Shown one piece after another: positions 7,665-17,534 of a stretch of DNA of 64,000 nucleotides. Under the pieces are notes generated by a model. It had not been told where the DNA came from, did not search any database, and was given only the letters and a program-made list of their open reading frames with translations. Numbering within the stretch: the first letter of the stretch is position 1; every line of letters starts with the position of its first letter. Source of the stretch: a bacterium (GTDB lineage: Bacteria; Patescibacteriota; CPR2; UBA1875; JAJYID01); assembly GCA_030647205.1 (NCBI GenBank), contig JAUSJO010000008.1, positions 28,770-92,769 on the forward strand, in the 5' to 3' direction. Position numbers and translations under genes: made by a program.

Positions 7665-10652
7665 ATGAAAAAGTTTGTGCGTGTTGAGTCGAAACCGGAT
7701 TTTCCAAAGATAGATGAGGAAGTTCTTTCCTTTTGGAAGAAAAATCAGGTATTTGAGGAAACGCAGAAAAAAGATGAGAGCAAAGAAAGTTTCGTTTTCT
7801 TTGAAGGTCCGCCGACTGCAAACGGTAAGCCCGGCGTTCATCATGTTTTATCGCGTGTTTTTAAGGATATAATCCCACGTTTTAAAACCATGCAAGGTTA
7901 TCAAGTTGATAGAAAAGGCGGCTGGGATACGCATGGTCTTCCTGTAGAGCTTGAGGTAGAGAAGAACTTGGGCATTTCCGGAAAACCTGAGATAGAGAAG
8001 TATGGGGTAGAGAAATTCAACAAAAAATGCCGAGAAAGCGTTTTTAAATACGTAAAAGAGTGGGAAGAACTTACCGACAGGATTGGTTACTGGGTAGATA
8101 CAAAAGATCCTTATATTACTTATGATACCAGCTACATCCAAAGTTTGTGGTGGGTGCTTGGCGAGGCTTGGAAGAAAGATTTGCTATATGAGGGTTATAA
8201 AGTTGTGCCGTATTGTCCTCGTTGCGGGACTACCCTTTCCTCACATGAAGTTGCGCAAGGGTATGAAGATGTCACGGAAAATACGGTTTATGTAAAGTTT
8301 CCGGTGGAAGGGGAGAAGGATACTTACTTTCTGGCTTGGACAACAACTCCTTGGACATTACCGGGAAACAGCGGCCTCGCATTTGGCCCCGAAATAAAAT
8401 ACGTAAAAGTAGAGTCTGATGGCGGGAAATATATTTTAGCCAAGGACAGGGCAGAGACGGTATTTGCCGGCAAGAAATACAAAGTTCTGGAAGAGTTTTT
8501 TGGCAAGGAAATGGTTCAGGATGTTCTGAATAAACCGACCAAGACAAGCCATTATGAACCGCTTTTTGCAGAAGGCGCAAAATTTAAAAAAGAAGAGGAC
8601 ACCCAGGAGTACCGAGCTATCCTTGGAGATTTTGTCTCTACCGAAGACGGAACGGGGATAGTCCACATAGCGCCGGCATTTGGTGAAGACGACTATAATG
8701 TTGGGCGACTGAAAAACGATCTTTCGGTGCTGATGACAGTCGATGAACAGGGAAATGTACTTACAGATGTTGGAAAAGGGAAGTTTGCTAAGGACGCTGA
8801 CCCTCTAATAATTTCAGACTTAAAGAAACGGGGATTAATATTCAAAGAAGAAGAATATACTCACTCATATCCGTTCTGTTGGCGTTGTCACTCTCCCCTG
8901 CTTTATTATGCGCGTGATACTTGGTACATCAGGATGTCATCCCTCAAGGATGAGCTGGTTAAGAACAACGAGGAAGTTCACTGGTATCCTTCTCATATCA
9001 AAAATGGCCGTTTTGGTGAGTGGATCCGCGACGTGAAAGACTGGGCGCTATCGCGTGAGAGATACTGGGGCACGCCGCTGCCGATATGGAAATGCGAGAA
9101 ATGCGGGAAGAAAGAGCTTGTTTCAAGTTTCAAAGAATTAGGCGAAAAAACGCACAAAGAGATTGCTGACGACTTTGATCCGCACAGGCCGTATATCGAT
9201 GAATATACGTGGAAATGCGACTGTGGGGGCGACTTTAGGCGTTACTCGCATGTTATAGACTGTTGGTTTGACTCAGGGGCTATGCCGTACGCTCAGTGGG
9301 GTTATCCGTTTGAAGGGAATTCTGACAAAAATCTCGAGAGTCATTTCCCTGCCGACTATATTTGCGAAGCGGTGGATCAGACGAGAGGTTGGTTTTATAC
9401 ACTTCTTGCCATTTCCACATTTTTAGAAAAAGGACCGGCCTACAAACACGTCATTAGCTTGGGTCACATATTAGATGAAAACGGTCAGAAGATGTCGAAG
9501 TCTGTTGGAAACGTTGTAAATCCTTGGGATGTACTAAGTACTCACGGCGCTGACGCGCTTCGCTGGTATATGTACTCGGCAACAACGCCGGGCAATCCGC
9601 GAAATTTCTCTATCAAGCTCGTTGGCGAAGGGAAGAGGTTTCTAGTAACTTACTGGAATGTTTATAGTTTCTTTGTGACCTATGCATCGGTCGATAATTA
9701 CACGCCAAGTGAAAAGCGCAAAAAATCAGAGAATATTATGGATAAGTGGATTCTTTCTAGAAAGGCTAAGTTGGTTGAAAATATCACTAAACATTTAGAA
9801 AGATATAATATTTACAAAGCGACTCAGGAAATCGAGGGATTTTTAGATGATCTTTCAAACTGGTATGTTCGACAATCAAGGAAAAGATTTTGGAAGAGTG
9901 AAAACGACACCGACAAAACAGCTGCATATGACACTTTGTATGAAGTGCTAATTGATTTTACTAAAGTGTTAGCGCCATTCATGCCTTTCATAACAGAAAA
10001 AATATATCAAAATCTCAACTCGGACATTGGTAGTATTCACCTGTCTCAATGGCCGACTTCCGAAAAAGAAGAAATTGATGAGAAGATTGAGGAGAACATG
10101 AGTTTGCATAGATCTACTCTTAATCAGATACTTTCCCTAAGGTCTGACGCTGGTATTAAAGTCAGGCAACCTTTATCAGGAGCAACGATTGTTAATAAAA
10201 AAGGAATTGATTGGGATATGAAGCTTTTTATGTCGATTCTTGAGTCAGAAGCAAACCTAAAAGCAATCAGCGAGGAACCAGAATCAACTTGGCAAGTTCA
10301 AATAGGAAAAGATGAGAAAAATTATAGAGTAAGCGAAGATGAATGGGTGAGGGTGGCCCTTGATACAAAAATTACAGATGAGCTAAAACAAGAGGGGTTG
10401 GCTCGTGAAATAGTCAGGCAAGTTCAGGCAATGCGCAAAAAGGCCGGATTTAATGTCGAGGATAGGATTCATCTGTATTGGAGTACCGAAGATAAACTCT
10501 TGAAGTCAGTATTTGAAAAAGAGGGAAGCTATATCGCTAAAGAGACCCTGGCAAAAGAGGTTGTGGTTGGTGATGTGAAGGAATCAGACTACAATGAGAC
10601 AGCGAAGATAGAGGGGGCAGACATGTTGCTCGGTGTAAAAAAGGCTAAATAA
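7665..10652 (+). CDS. ileS: Isoleucine--tRNA ligase (type 2, eukaryote/archaeal-like)
   Basis: HIGH-region 'PPTANGKPGVHHVL' and 'KMSKSVGN' (KMSKS) are present. At 995 aa with CP1 editing-domain-like architecture, it lacks the long C-terminal zinc-finger extension of the type-1 enzyme. Confidence 0.95.
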   Translation: MKKFVRVESKPDFPKIDEEVLSFWKKNQVFEETQKKDESKESFVFFEGPPTANGKPGVHHVLSRVFKDIIPRFKTMQGYQVDRKGGWDTHGLPVELEVEKNLGISGKPEIEKYGVEKFNKKCRESVFKYVKEWEELTDRIGYWVDTKDPYITYDTSYIQSLWWVLGEAWKKDLLYEGYKVVPYCPRCGTTLSSHEVAQGYEDVTENTVYVKFPVEGEKDTYFLAWTTTPWTLPGNSGLAFGPEIKYVKVESDGGKYILAKDRAETVFAGKKYKVLEEFFGKEMVQDVLNKPTKTSHYEPLFAEGAKFKKEEDTQEYRAILGDFVSTEDGTGIVHIAPAFGEDDYNVGRLKNDLSVLMTVDEQGNVLTDVGKGKFAKDADPLIISDLKKRGLIFKEEEYTHSYPFCWRCHSPLLYYARDTWYIRMSSLKDELVKNNEEVHWYPSHIKNGRFGEWIRDVKDWALSRERYWGTPLPIWKCEKCGKKELVSSFKELGEKTHKEIADDFDPHRPYIDEYTWKCDCGGDFRRYSHVIDCWFDSGAMPYAQWGYPFEGNSDKNLESHFPADYICEAVDQTRGWFYTLLAISTFLEKGPAYKHVISLGHILDENGQKMSKSVGNVVNPWDVLSTHGADALRWYMYSATTPGNPRNFSIKLVGEGKRFLVTYWNVYSFFVTYASVDNYTPSEKRKKSENIMDKWILSRKAKLVENITKHLERYNIYKATQEIEGFLDDLSNWYVRQSRKRFWKSENDTDKTAAYDTLYEVLIDFTKVLAPFMPFITEKIYQNLNSDIGSIHLSQWPTSEKEEIDEKIEENMSLHRSTLNQILSLRSDAGIKVRQPLSGATIVNKKGIDWDMKLFMSILESEANLKAISEEPESTWQVQIGKDEKNYRVSEDEWVRVALDTKITDELKQEGLAREIVRQVQAMRKKAGFNVEDRIHLYWSTEDKLLKSVFEKEGSYIAKETLAKEVVVGDVKESDYNETAKIEGADMLLGVKKAK

Positions 10653-10660
10653 ACTAAACT

Positions 10661-11761
10661 ATGTTTTTTAATCTCAGGTCCTTAAAAAACTTTGACTGGA
10701 TAGTTATCATCATTACCCTTTTGCTTTTCGCTATCGGTATCGCCATCATCTACTCCACAACTTATGGAATGACCGGCGGTAGTAAGGAAGCTATACAACA
10801 GGGTATATTCGGTATAGTTGGTGTTTTGGCATTTTTTTTAGTGGCATTTTTTGATTATCGTTCTTTTCGCGGGACCAGCAGCATCTTGTATTTTATTACA
10901 ATTCTACTTTTGGCGGTTGTATTTTTTACTGGGGTGACGACTATGGGTGCAACAAGGTGGATAAATATTGGTGGATTTCAGTTTCAGCCATCGGAGTTTG
11001 CGAAGCTTTTTATGATTATCGCGATGGCGAAGTACTTCAGTGAGCATGCTGAGGATATGCATAATTTCAAACGGATAGTCATATCGGGGATTTATTTTGC
11101 TATCCCGACGTTTCTGGTCATCTTGCAGCCTGACCTTGGAACTGCTCTTGTTTTTATCGTTATTTGGATATCGATGCTTGCTGTTAGCAGAATAAAATTG
11201 AAACACTTTTTAGTTCTTGTTATTGGAGCACTTCTACTTTTACCCATCGGCTGGGCAACGATGCACGACTATCAGAAGAAAAGAATCTTTGCACTAGTGG
11301 ATCCGGCGAGCGACCCTCAGGGTGCGGGATACAACGTAACACAGGCGCAGATAGCCATCGGTTCCGGGCAGATATTTGGACGGGGACTGGGGCATGGTTC
11401 GCAGTCACAACTAAACTTTATTCCTGAAAAACATACTGACTTTATTTTCGCTGCGCTAGCTGAAGAAATGGGATTTTTGGGATCGGCAATTGTGATCTCG
11501 CTCTTTGCGGTACTTATTTTCCGAGGCATTACGATTGCGGCGAAATCCCGTGATTATTTCGGCATGTATCTTTCGACCGGTATAGTGGCGATGCTAGCCT
11601 TCCATGTGTTTCTAAACATCGGCATGAATCTCGGCATCGCGCCGGTAGCCGGTATCCCGCTTCCTCTGATTAGTTTGGGCGGTTCCTCGGTTGTAGTAAC
11701 GTTTGTCCTAATAGGGATACTCGAAAGTATTCACATTCATCATAAAAAGATAGATTTCTAA
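10661..11761 (+). CDS. ftsW: SEDS-family peptidoglycan glycosyltransferase (FtsW/RodA)
   Basis: 'GGFQFQPSEFAKLFMIIAMAKYF' and 'HTDFIFAALAEEMGFLGS' are typical of FtsW/RodA/SpoVE. About 10 TM helices. Confidence 0.9.
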   Translation: MFFNLRSLKNFDWIVIIITLLLFAIGIAIIYSTTYGMTGGSKEAIQQGIFGIVGVLAFFLVAFFDYRSFRGTSSILYFITILLLAVVFFTGVTTMGATRWINIGGFQFQPSEFAKLFMIIAMAKYFSEHAEDMHNFKRIVISGIYFAIPTFLVILQPDLGTALVFIVIWISMLAVSRIKLKHFLVLVIGALLLLPIGWATMHDYQKKRIFALVDPASDPQGAGYNVTQAQIAIGSGQIFGRGLGHGSQSQLNFIPEKHTDFIFAALAEEMGFLGSAIVISLFAVLIFRGITIAAKSRDYFGMYLSTGIVAMLAFHVFLNIGMNLGIAPVAGIPLPLISLGGSSVVVTFVLIGILESIHIHHKKIDF

Positions 11762-11770
11762 GAGTCCAAA

Positions 11771-12634
11771 ATGAAAGAATTAAAAAAGTATATACCTCTC
11801 GATAAGTCTTGGGTTATGAGAATGGGGATTTTGGATCTATTAAATATATACCCCGACATAAATGTTTTTCTAAGCAAGCAAAGATTTCTTAGCGAAGACT
11901 TAACAGCCCTAAAGGGCGTTTGCAGAGATTGGAATTCAAAGAAAAAAATTGATGTTGGTGAGTCGGGGACTCTTTATAGGTTTCTCCAGTTCGTCTCGTG
12001 GAGGTTTGATCTTAATAAAGAATTTATAGTTCATGGTACATTGCAAAGTAGAAATATATGTAATAACCCTGAAATTGTCCAGTACTCTCTAGACAAACTC
12101 TTAAAACTGGATCAGGGCACTTCTCAATGGGCAAGCGCTGCTGTTTTGTGTGGGGACAAGGAGAAAATGAAAACCCCGCCGTACAAACTAAGGTTAACGT
12201 ATGAAGCGGTAAACCACTGGCAGAATCAAAGAGCTAAAGGAAAAACATGGAAAGCTCGTTATGACATAACTATTGAAAATCAAGCAAGGGCTTTCTTGGA
12301 AATATTAAATGGAGAGAATGCAATATTTAATCCGGAGCAGGCCGAAGATTACTGTTTTGCGAGGGTCTTCGGATTTATTACTAAAGAAGAAGGTGAAGAG
12401 CGTTGGCCCAGTTTAAGAGGGCACGAAAGTGATCGAATCGAAGAAATGGAAACGGCACTTGATGAATATCAGAATGGTAAAGTGATAACTTCCAAAGATC
12501 ACAGAGTGGTACAGGCGGTTGCTATGAAGGCAAAAGTAGATAGAAAAAACATTAGCTTTCAATATCCAAACTCTGTGAGTAAATCATGGCCTCAGTTTTG
12601 GGATTTTTTGGAGAATATAGAAAAAATACGGTAG
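11771..12634 (+). CDS. Hypothetical protein with weak similarity to enolpyruvyl-transferase (EPSP synthase/MurA) motifs; short and divergent
   Basis: 'LDKSWVMRMGILDLL' resembles the AroA/MurA N-terminal 'DKSISHRALIFGAL' or 'GAKNAALPILFAAL'. 'IDVGESGTLYRFL' resembles the AroA 'IDVGNSGTTIRLI'. At 287 aa it is far shorter than the ~430-aa EPT fold. Confidence 0.3.
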   Translation: MKELKKYIPLDKSWVMRMGILDLLNIYPDINVFLSKQRFLSEDLTALKGVCRDWNSKKKIDVGESGTLYRFLQFVSWRFDLNKEFIVHGTLQSRNICNNPEIVQYSLDKLLKLDQGTSQWASAAVLCGDKEKMKTPPYKLRLTYEAVNHWQNQRAKGKTWKARYDITIENQARAFLEILNGENAIFNPEQAEDYCFARVFGFITKEEGEERWPSLRGHESDRIEEMETALDEYQNGKVITSKDHRVVQAVAMKAKVDRKNISFQYPNSVSKSWPQFWDFLENIEKIR

Positions 12635-12700
12635 ATTTTTAGCCTTGACCAAAAGAGATTATTTTGGTAAACTCTATAAGTTAGCATTTTAAATAAAGAT

Positions 12701-13033
12701 ATGGTAGAAAAAGAAAACAAAAAGTTTGCAGTGATAAAAACCGGTGGGAAACAGTACAAGGTTTCTGAAGGCGATGTTTTTGATATTGAAAAAGTTGAAA
12801 TAGAAGACGGTAAAGATATCAACTTTGAAGAGGTTCTTTTAGTTGCTGATGGCGATAAAGTAGAAGTTGGCCAGCCAAATGTAAAGGATGCGAAAGTTAA
12901 GGCAAAGGTTGTGTCACAAGAAAAAGCCGATAAAATTATAGTCTTTAAGTATAAGAAACGGAAAAATTACAGAAAAAAGACCGGTCACAGGCAAAAAGTG
13001 ACGAAAGTTCAGATAGAAAAAATAAGCGTATAA
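12701..13033 (+). CDS. rplU: 50S ribosomal protein L21
   Basis: 'FAVIKTGGKQYKVSEGDVFDIEK...' and 'KIIVFKYKKRKNYRKKTGHRQKVTKVQI' match the L21 consensus. Confidence 0.9.
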   Translation: MVEKENKKFAVIKTGGKQYKVSEGDVFDIEKVEIEDGKDINFEEVLLVADGDKVEVGQPNVKDAKVKAKVVSQEKADKIIVFKYKKRKNYRKKTGHRQKVTKVQIEKISV

Positions 13034-13051
13034 AACAACCTCGAAAAGGGG

Positions 13052-13390
13052 TTGTTTTTGCATAGTACAAGCGTTACGATAAAAACAGGTCATAGGAAAA
13101 TATCTTACCAAATTCTTATGGAGAACCTTACAATTTATACTACGAAGGAGGGAGGTGTAATGTTGAAGCGTAAAGACATTGAGAAAGAGGTTAAAAGCCG
13201 GGTAGAAAAAGCGCTGGACTCATTGACAGTCAATATAACAAAGGAGATAACCATCGAAGGGCCGGTGTCGGGAGAGTCTCATGTATGTATGCTTTCTGAA
13301 GTGTTAAATGATAGCCAGAGGGCGAGAACTTTGAGGGAAATCGTCGAGTTTGAAAGCGGATTTCAGCACCTCAAAGCAAAAGTAGCGTAG
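13052..13390 (+). CDS. Hypothetical protein; an internal start near 13160 is possible
   Basis: The ORF follows rplU where rpmA (L27) is normally expected, but the product shows no L27 similarity. An SD-like 'aaggaggg' at 13145 favours the ATG at 13160. Confidence 0.35.
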   Translation: MFLHSTSVTIKTGHRKISYQILMENLTIYTTKEGGVMLKRKDIEKEVKSRVEKALDSLTVNITKEITIEGPVSGESHVCMLSEVLNDSQRARTLREIVEFESGFQHLKAKVA

Positions 13391-13405
13391 TATAAATCCT
13401 TTAAA

Positions 13406-13436
13406 GGGCCCGCATCGTGCGGGCCCTTGTCCTTTG
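13406..13436 (+). terminator. Rho-independent terminator
   Basis: gggcccgca-tcg-tgcgggccc followed by a T-rich tail. Confidence 0.55.
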
Positions 13437-13537
13437 TAAATTTATTATTAAATTAGTAAACTTTAATGGTACAATAAAAGTATAAATGTCGGACTATTAT
13501 TATCCAAAATACACTCCGGCAAACAAGGAGAAGAAAA

Positions 13538-14677
13538 ATGACAGACAGTGTTCATATACCTAAAATAGTTATCACGGGAGGGCCATGCGGCGGAAAAACC
13601 ACAGGGATGAGCTATTGTGTTGAGAAACTTCAGGATTATGGATTCAAGCCTATAGTTATTCCCGAGACTCCAACCATGTTTATCCTTTCCGGTCTCGACC
13701 CAACAGTAATGGCTGCCGATGAGTATATTAGATTTGAGGAAGGTCTGCTCAAATCACAACTTCAGATAGAGGACAACTTTGTTTATTTGGCGACTCATTT
13801 GAATCATAATAAACCTGTTTTAATTTTTGATAGAGGCGTTATGGATATTGCTGCTTACCTTTCTCAGGAGCAGTTTGAGGCGATAGTTGATGATATGGGG
13901 ATGAGTATAACCTCGTTGCGTGACAAACGCTACGATGGGGTGTTTCATCTGGTTACGGCAGCGATCGGCGCGGAAAAGTTCTATACTTGCGAAAACAACC
14001 CTGCGCGACTAGAGACCAACCTTGAAGACGCGCGAGAGGCAGATAGGAAGACGATGGAGGCATGGGTTGGCGCTCCACATCTTCAGGTAATAGACAACTC
14101 TGACGACTTTGAGGGCAAAATGAAACGAACTTTCCAGGCAATATGCCGTGTACTTGGTATTCCTGTTCCCGTGGAAGATGAGCGTAAGTTTCTTGTTGCC
14201 GATTTTGATGAAGACGAACTGCCTTATCACCAAAAAATATCTATTGAGCAAGTGTATCTGCTATCAGAAGATGAGAATGATGAGGTGCGCATAAGGAAAA
14301 GAGGGCAAAACGGTGCGTTTTGCTACTATAAAACACACAAAGCTTCTACGGGAAAGGCGGGCAAAAGGTATGAGAAGGAAAGACCCATTACCGGAAAGGA
14401 ATATTGTGAGGAGCTTGCACATGCTGATCCTGATAGAGTCCCCATTAAAAAAGACAGGATATGCTTTTTGTGGAAGAACCAGTACTTTGAGCTCGACATT
14501 ATCAAGAGTCCCGGAAAACATGCCGGCAAGATTCTTCTTGAGATTGAGCTGACGGAAGATAACGAAGATGTTAAACTACCCTCTTTCATAAAGATACTAA
14601 AAGAAGTTACTGATGACCCTAGCTACCATAACTCTTCTTTGGCGCTAAAGAGTAGGGAATCATCTAAATCCGCTTAA
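13538..14677 (+). CDS. P-loop NTPase (NadR/AAA_28-like) fused to a C-terminal CYTH (triphosphate tunnel) domain
   Basis: N-terminal Walker A 'ITGGPCGGKTTGM' and Walker B-like 'VLIFDRG'. The C-terminal domain opens with the CYTH signature 'EDERKFLVADFDEDELP' (ExExK) and carries further acidic and basic tunnel residues. Confidence 0.7.
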   Translation: MTDSVHIPKIVITGGPCGGKTTGMSYCVEKLQDYGFKPIVIPETPTMFILSGLDPTVMAADEYIRFEEGLLKSQLQIEDNFVYLATHLNHNKPVLIFDRGVMDIAAYLSQEQFEAIVDDMGMSITSLRDKRYDGVFHLVTAAIGAEKFYTCENNPARLETNLEDAREADRKTMEAWVGAPHLQVIDNSDDFEGKMKRTFQAICRVLGIPVPVEDERKFLVADFDEDELPYHQKISIEQVYLLSEDENDEVRIRKRGQNGAFCYYKTHKASTGKAGKRYEKERPITGKEYCEELAHADPDRVPIKKDRICFLWKNQYFELDIIKSPGKHAGKILLEIELTEDNEDVKLPSFIKILKEVTDDPSYHNSSLALKSRESSKSA

Positions 14678-14712
14678 AAATCAAGTTTTAAGAAGATAGT
14701 TTTTCTGCTATA

Positions 14713-15489
14713 GTGAAGATAACTATGGGACAGGTAATAACAGTGACAAACCAAAAGGGCGGGGTTGGAAAAACCACGACCACGATGAACTTGGCTGCGT
14801 ATCTTGCAAATGAAGGCAGTCGGGTTCTTTTAATTGACCTTGATCCGCAAGGAAACTCAACGAGTGGCATCGGCATAGACAGAAGAAGTGTCAACCGGTC
14901 TCTTTATGATATCCTGATAAACGAAGTTCACCCGCGCGAAGCGATTTACAAAACGAAATATGAAAATTTGCACATTATTCCTTCGGCTCAAGTTTTGGCG
15001 GCGGCTGAGGTAGAGCTTGTTTCCCACTTGGCCCGCGAGCACAAGCTGAAAAATGCTCTGGCAAAAATTTCAAACGATTACGACTACATATTCATGGATT
15101 CTCCTCCATCTTTGGGACTACTCACAGTAAACGGATTAACAGCCTCGGATAAAATATTAATTCCTGTCCAGGCAGAGTATTTTGCCCTTGAAGGTCTGGG
15201 TCAGCTTTTGCATACAGTACAAAGAATTAAAACGAATTTAAACCCAAAAATTGATTTGCTCGGAGTCCTTATAACAATGTATGATAAAAGAACGATACTT
15301 TCCCGGCAGGTTGAGGGTGAAGTGAAAAAACATTTTCCCGGAAAAGTTTTTGATACAGTTGTTCCGAGGAATATTCGTCTTGCTGAGGCGCCGAGTTTCG
15401 GCAAAAGTATATTTGGATATGACAAGCTTGGCAAAGGGGCAAGCGCTTATAAAAGTTTAGCAAAGGAGGTGCACTTAAAATGTCAGTGA
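14713..15489 (+). CDS. parA: Chromosome-partitioning ATPase ParA/Soj
   Basis: Deviant Walker A 'NQKGGVGKTTTTMNLAAYLA'. A ParB gene overlaps its 3' end. Confidence 0.95.
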   Translation: MKITMGQVITVTNQKGGVGKTTTTMNLAAYLANEGSRVLLIDLDPQGNSTSGIGIDRRSVNRSLYDILINEVHPREAIYKTKYENLHIIPSAQVLAAAEVELVSHLAREHKLKNALAKISNDYDYIFMDSPPSLGLLTVNGLTASDKILIPVQAEYFALEGLGQLLHTVQRIKTNLNPKIDLLGVLITMYDKRTILSRQVEGEVKKHFPGKVFDTVVPRNIRLAEAPSFGKSIFGYDKLGKGASAYKSLAKEVHLKCQ

Positions 15490-16352
15490 AAGGTAGCAGG
15501 GGTTTAGGCAGGGGCTTGGATGCTTTGATCCCCACAAATAGTACAAGTCAGTCTTCAAATGTTTCAGGGAAACCGGAAGGCAGTCTTATAAATGTTCCAA
15601 CGAACTCTATCCGGCCAAACTCGCAGCAACCGAGACAGACATTTGGTGACGAATCTTTGGCGGATCTGGCAAGCTCAATCCAGGAACACGGAATTATCCA
15701 GCCTCTCGTTGTGGTTAAGGTAGAGGATGGTTATGAGCTTGTTGCCGGTGAGAGACGCTTAAGAGCGGCAAAAGTTATAGGACTAAAAGAAGTGCCGGTA
15801 ATAATCCGAAGTGCCAAAGAACTCAAAAAACTTGAGTTGGCGATGGTTGAAAATATTCAAAGAGACAATCTAAATGTCTTGGATGAAGCGCGCGGCTACA
15901 AAAGGCTGATGGACGAGTTTTCGCTCTCTCAGGAAGATGTCGCAAGGAAAATGGGAAAGTCGAGAAGTGCTGTTGCAAACAAAATCCGTCTTTTGGATTT
16001 ACCGGTGGAAGTAAAAAGGGCGATAAACGCAGGACAAATTTCAGAGGGGCACGGACGTGCGCTTTTGGGTCTTGATAACCCGGAACAGATTTTGATGCTT
16101 TGCGGACTTATCATCGCCCGTAAACTTTCCGTCAGAGAAACTGAGCAGAAGGTTAACGAGGTACTATCAGGTCAGAAAATATCGAGGTCTGATAAAAAAG
16201 AAAAAGACCCGAATGTTTTAGACCTTGAGAAACAGCTTCGTGAGTCGATCGGAGCGAGAGTGAAAATCCGAAGCAAGCGAAACGGCGGCTCTATTGTTAT
16301 CGACTATACATCCCAGCAAGAGCTGGAAAGAATCCTAGGACTTCTTAAATAA
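15480..16352 (+). CDS. parB: Chromosome-partitioning protein ParB/Spo0J
   Basis: ParB box 'LVAGERRLRAAK', an HTH region and a C-terminal dimerisation region. Confidence 0.95.
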   Translation: MSVKGSRGLGRGLDALIPTNSTSQSSNVSGKPEGSLINVPTNSIRPNSQQPRQTFGDESLADLASSIQEHGIIQPLVVVKVEDGYELVAGERRLRAAKVIGLKEVPVIIRSAKELKKLELAMVENIQRDNLNVLDEARGYKRLMDEFSLSQEDVARKMGKSRSAVANKIRLLDLPVEVKRAINAGQISEGHGRALLGLDNPEQILMLCGLIIARKLSVRETEQKVNEVLSGQKISRSDKKEKDPNVLDLEKQLRESIGARVKIRSKRNGGSIVIDYTSQQELERILGLLK

Positions 16353-16359
16353 AATTATT

Positions 16360-16713
16360 ATGGGTATAAACGTAGAGTTTAATCCCGACTTGGCGCTTCG
16401 GGATATCTCAGAGTTTAAAAATGGAAACAGAGAAAAAGAAGAGTGCATCCCGGAAGATCTAAAAGCCGGGAGTATTTATGATTTTTTGAAAAGCGGGCAG
16501 AGAAACTATTGGTTGGAGGGTGAACTTCCTCTTCTTGAAACTAAGGGTGATGCAGTTTTATCCCGTCCGGTTGCGAGCATTATTATCTTAGAGATCACTC
16601 ATTTTAAAGAAAAAGATAAGGTCTATACAAAAGGTAAATATAAAGTAGTCGAAATTTTTAGTGATGATAAAATTTATTTTGAAAGCTATGCGAGGGTCGG
16701 AGTAAGAGACTAA
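16360..16713 (+). CDS. Hypothetical protein
   Basis: 117-aa ORF immediately downstream of parB. No known domain. Confidence 0.45.
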   Translation: MGINVEFNPDLALRDISEFKNGNREKEECIPEDLKAGSIYDFLKSGQRNYWLEGELPLLETKGDAVLSRPVASIIILEITHFKEKDKVYTKGKYKVVEIFSDDKIYFESYARVGVRD

Positions 16714-16827
16714 GCTGCGAGTGTTCGCTTGCCAAAGTGTAGCACTGTAAAATTTTTTATAGTATAATCATTGTCTCTAAGAATAACTTTGTGTACCTAT
16801 AAATGATTCCAAAAAGGAGTGGTATGA

Positions 16828-17484
16828 ATGGCGTATAGCCCTTTCTTGGATTTATATCCAACAAGCAAGATAAGTGGTAACAAGCTCAGCGAAGAAGAAA
16901 TAGCATACTACAGGAAAAAAGAAGCAGCAAAGAGGGGCGTATGTGGTGAAGAGGGTTGTGGCGTTCCACTTGCAGGTGACAATAAAACCGGGAAATGCTC
17001 TATTCATGGCGGAAGTAAATACGAAAATGTGAATATTGGCAAGTACCATAAGAAGTGGAGAGACGATTTCTTTAGGGCCTTTGGCGCACTTAAGGAAAGA
17101 GGTCATAAGGTTACCAGAGATAGTCTGGATGACATCCTTATAGATCGTCCTATAGATAAATGGCTAGAGGTGCTCAGAAGAGAAGGATATCTCGTCCCTA
17201 GGGCAGCGTCTGTGTTGTATGAAAGAGTCAAGGACAAGCCACTGTCAGAAGAATCAGCAACGGTGAAGCAGATCGTAGAAGGGGTAGAAAGTCTTGTCAT
17301 ACAAAATGCAAAAAGATCATTTTGTATGACAGAAATCCAGAAATACTGTGGAGTAACCCCAAAGATCGCTAAGCTGGCTCTCAAAAATGCCGTAGGCTTA
17401 GGCTATTTAAAGGCTGTAGAGCCGGCACAAGAAGTTACTCTTACCAAGAAAGGTAAACAATTTTTAGCCAAACTTGGTTACTGA
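16828..17484 (+). CDS. Hypothetical protein with an N-terminal Cys-rich segment
   Basis: SD 'aaaaaggag'. 'CGEEGCGVPLAGDNKTGKCSIHGG' is a possible zinc-ribbon. The C-terminal half may be a winged helix. Confidence 0.5.
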   Translation: MAYSPFLDLYPTSKISGNKLSEEEIAYYRKKEAAKRGVCGEEGCGVPLAGDNKTGKCSIHGGSKYENVNIGKYHKKWRDDFFRAFGALKERGHKVTRDSLDDILIDRPIDKWLEVLRREGYLVPRAASVLYERVKDKPLSEESATVKQIVEGVESLVIQNAKRSFCMTEIQKYCGVTPKIAKLALKNAVGLGYLKAVEPAQEVTLTKKGKQFLAKLGY

Positions 17485-17489
17485 GACAA

Positions 17490-17520
17490 GCGCCCCGATG
17501 GATATCGGGGCGCCTTTTTA
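17490..17520. terminator. Bidirectional Rho-independent terminator between convergent genes
   Basis: gcgccccgatggatatcggggcgc with A/T runs on both sides. Confidence 0.7.
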
Positions 17521-17534
17521 TTGCATGTTAAATT

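Noticed and set aside
7848-8666. Several minus-strand ORFs of 60-100 aa inside ileS
   Set aside because: They are antisense to a strongly supported 995-aa IleRS and show no motifs, so they are typical spurious frames.
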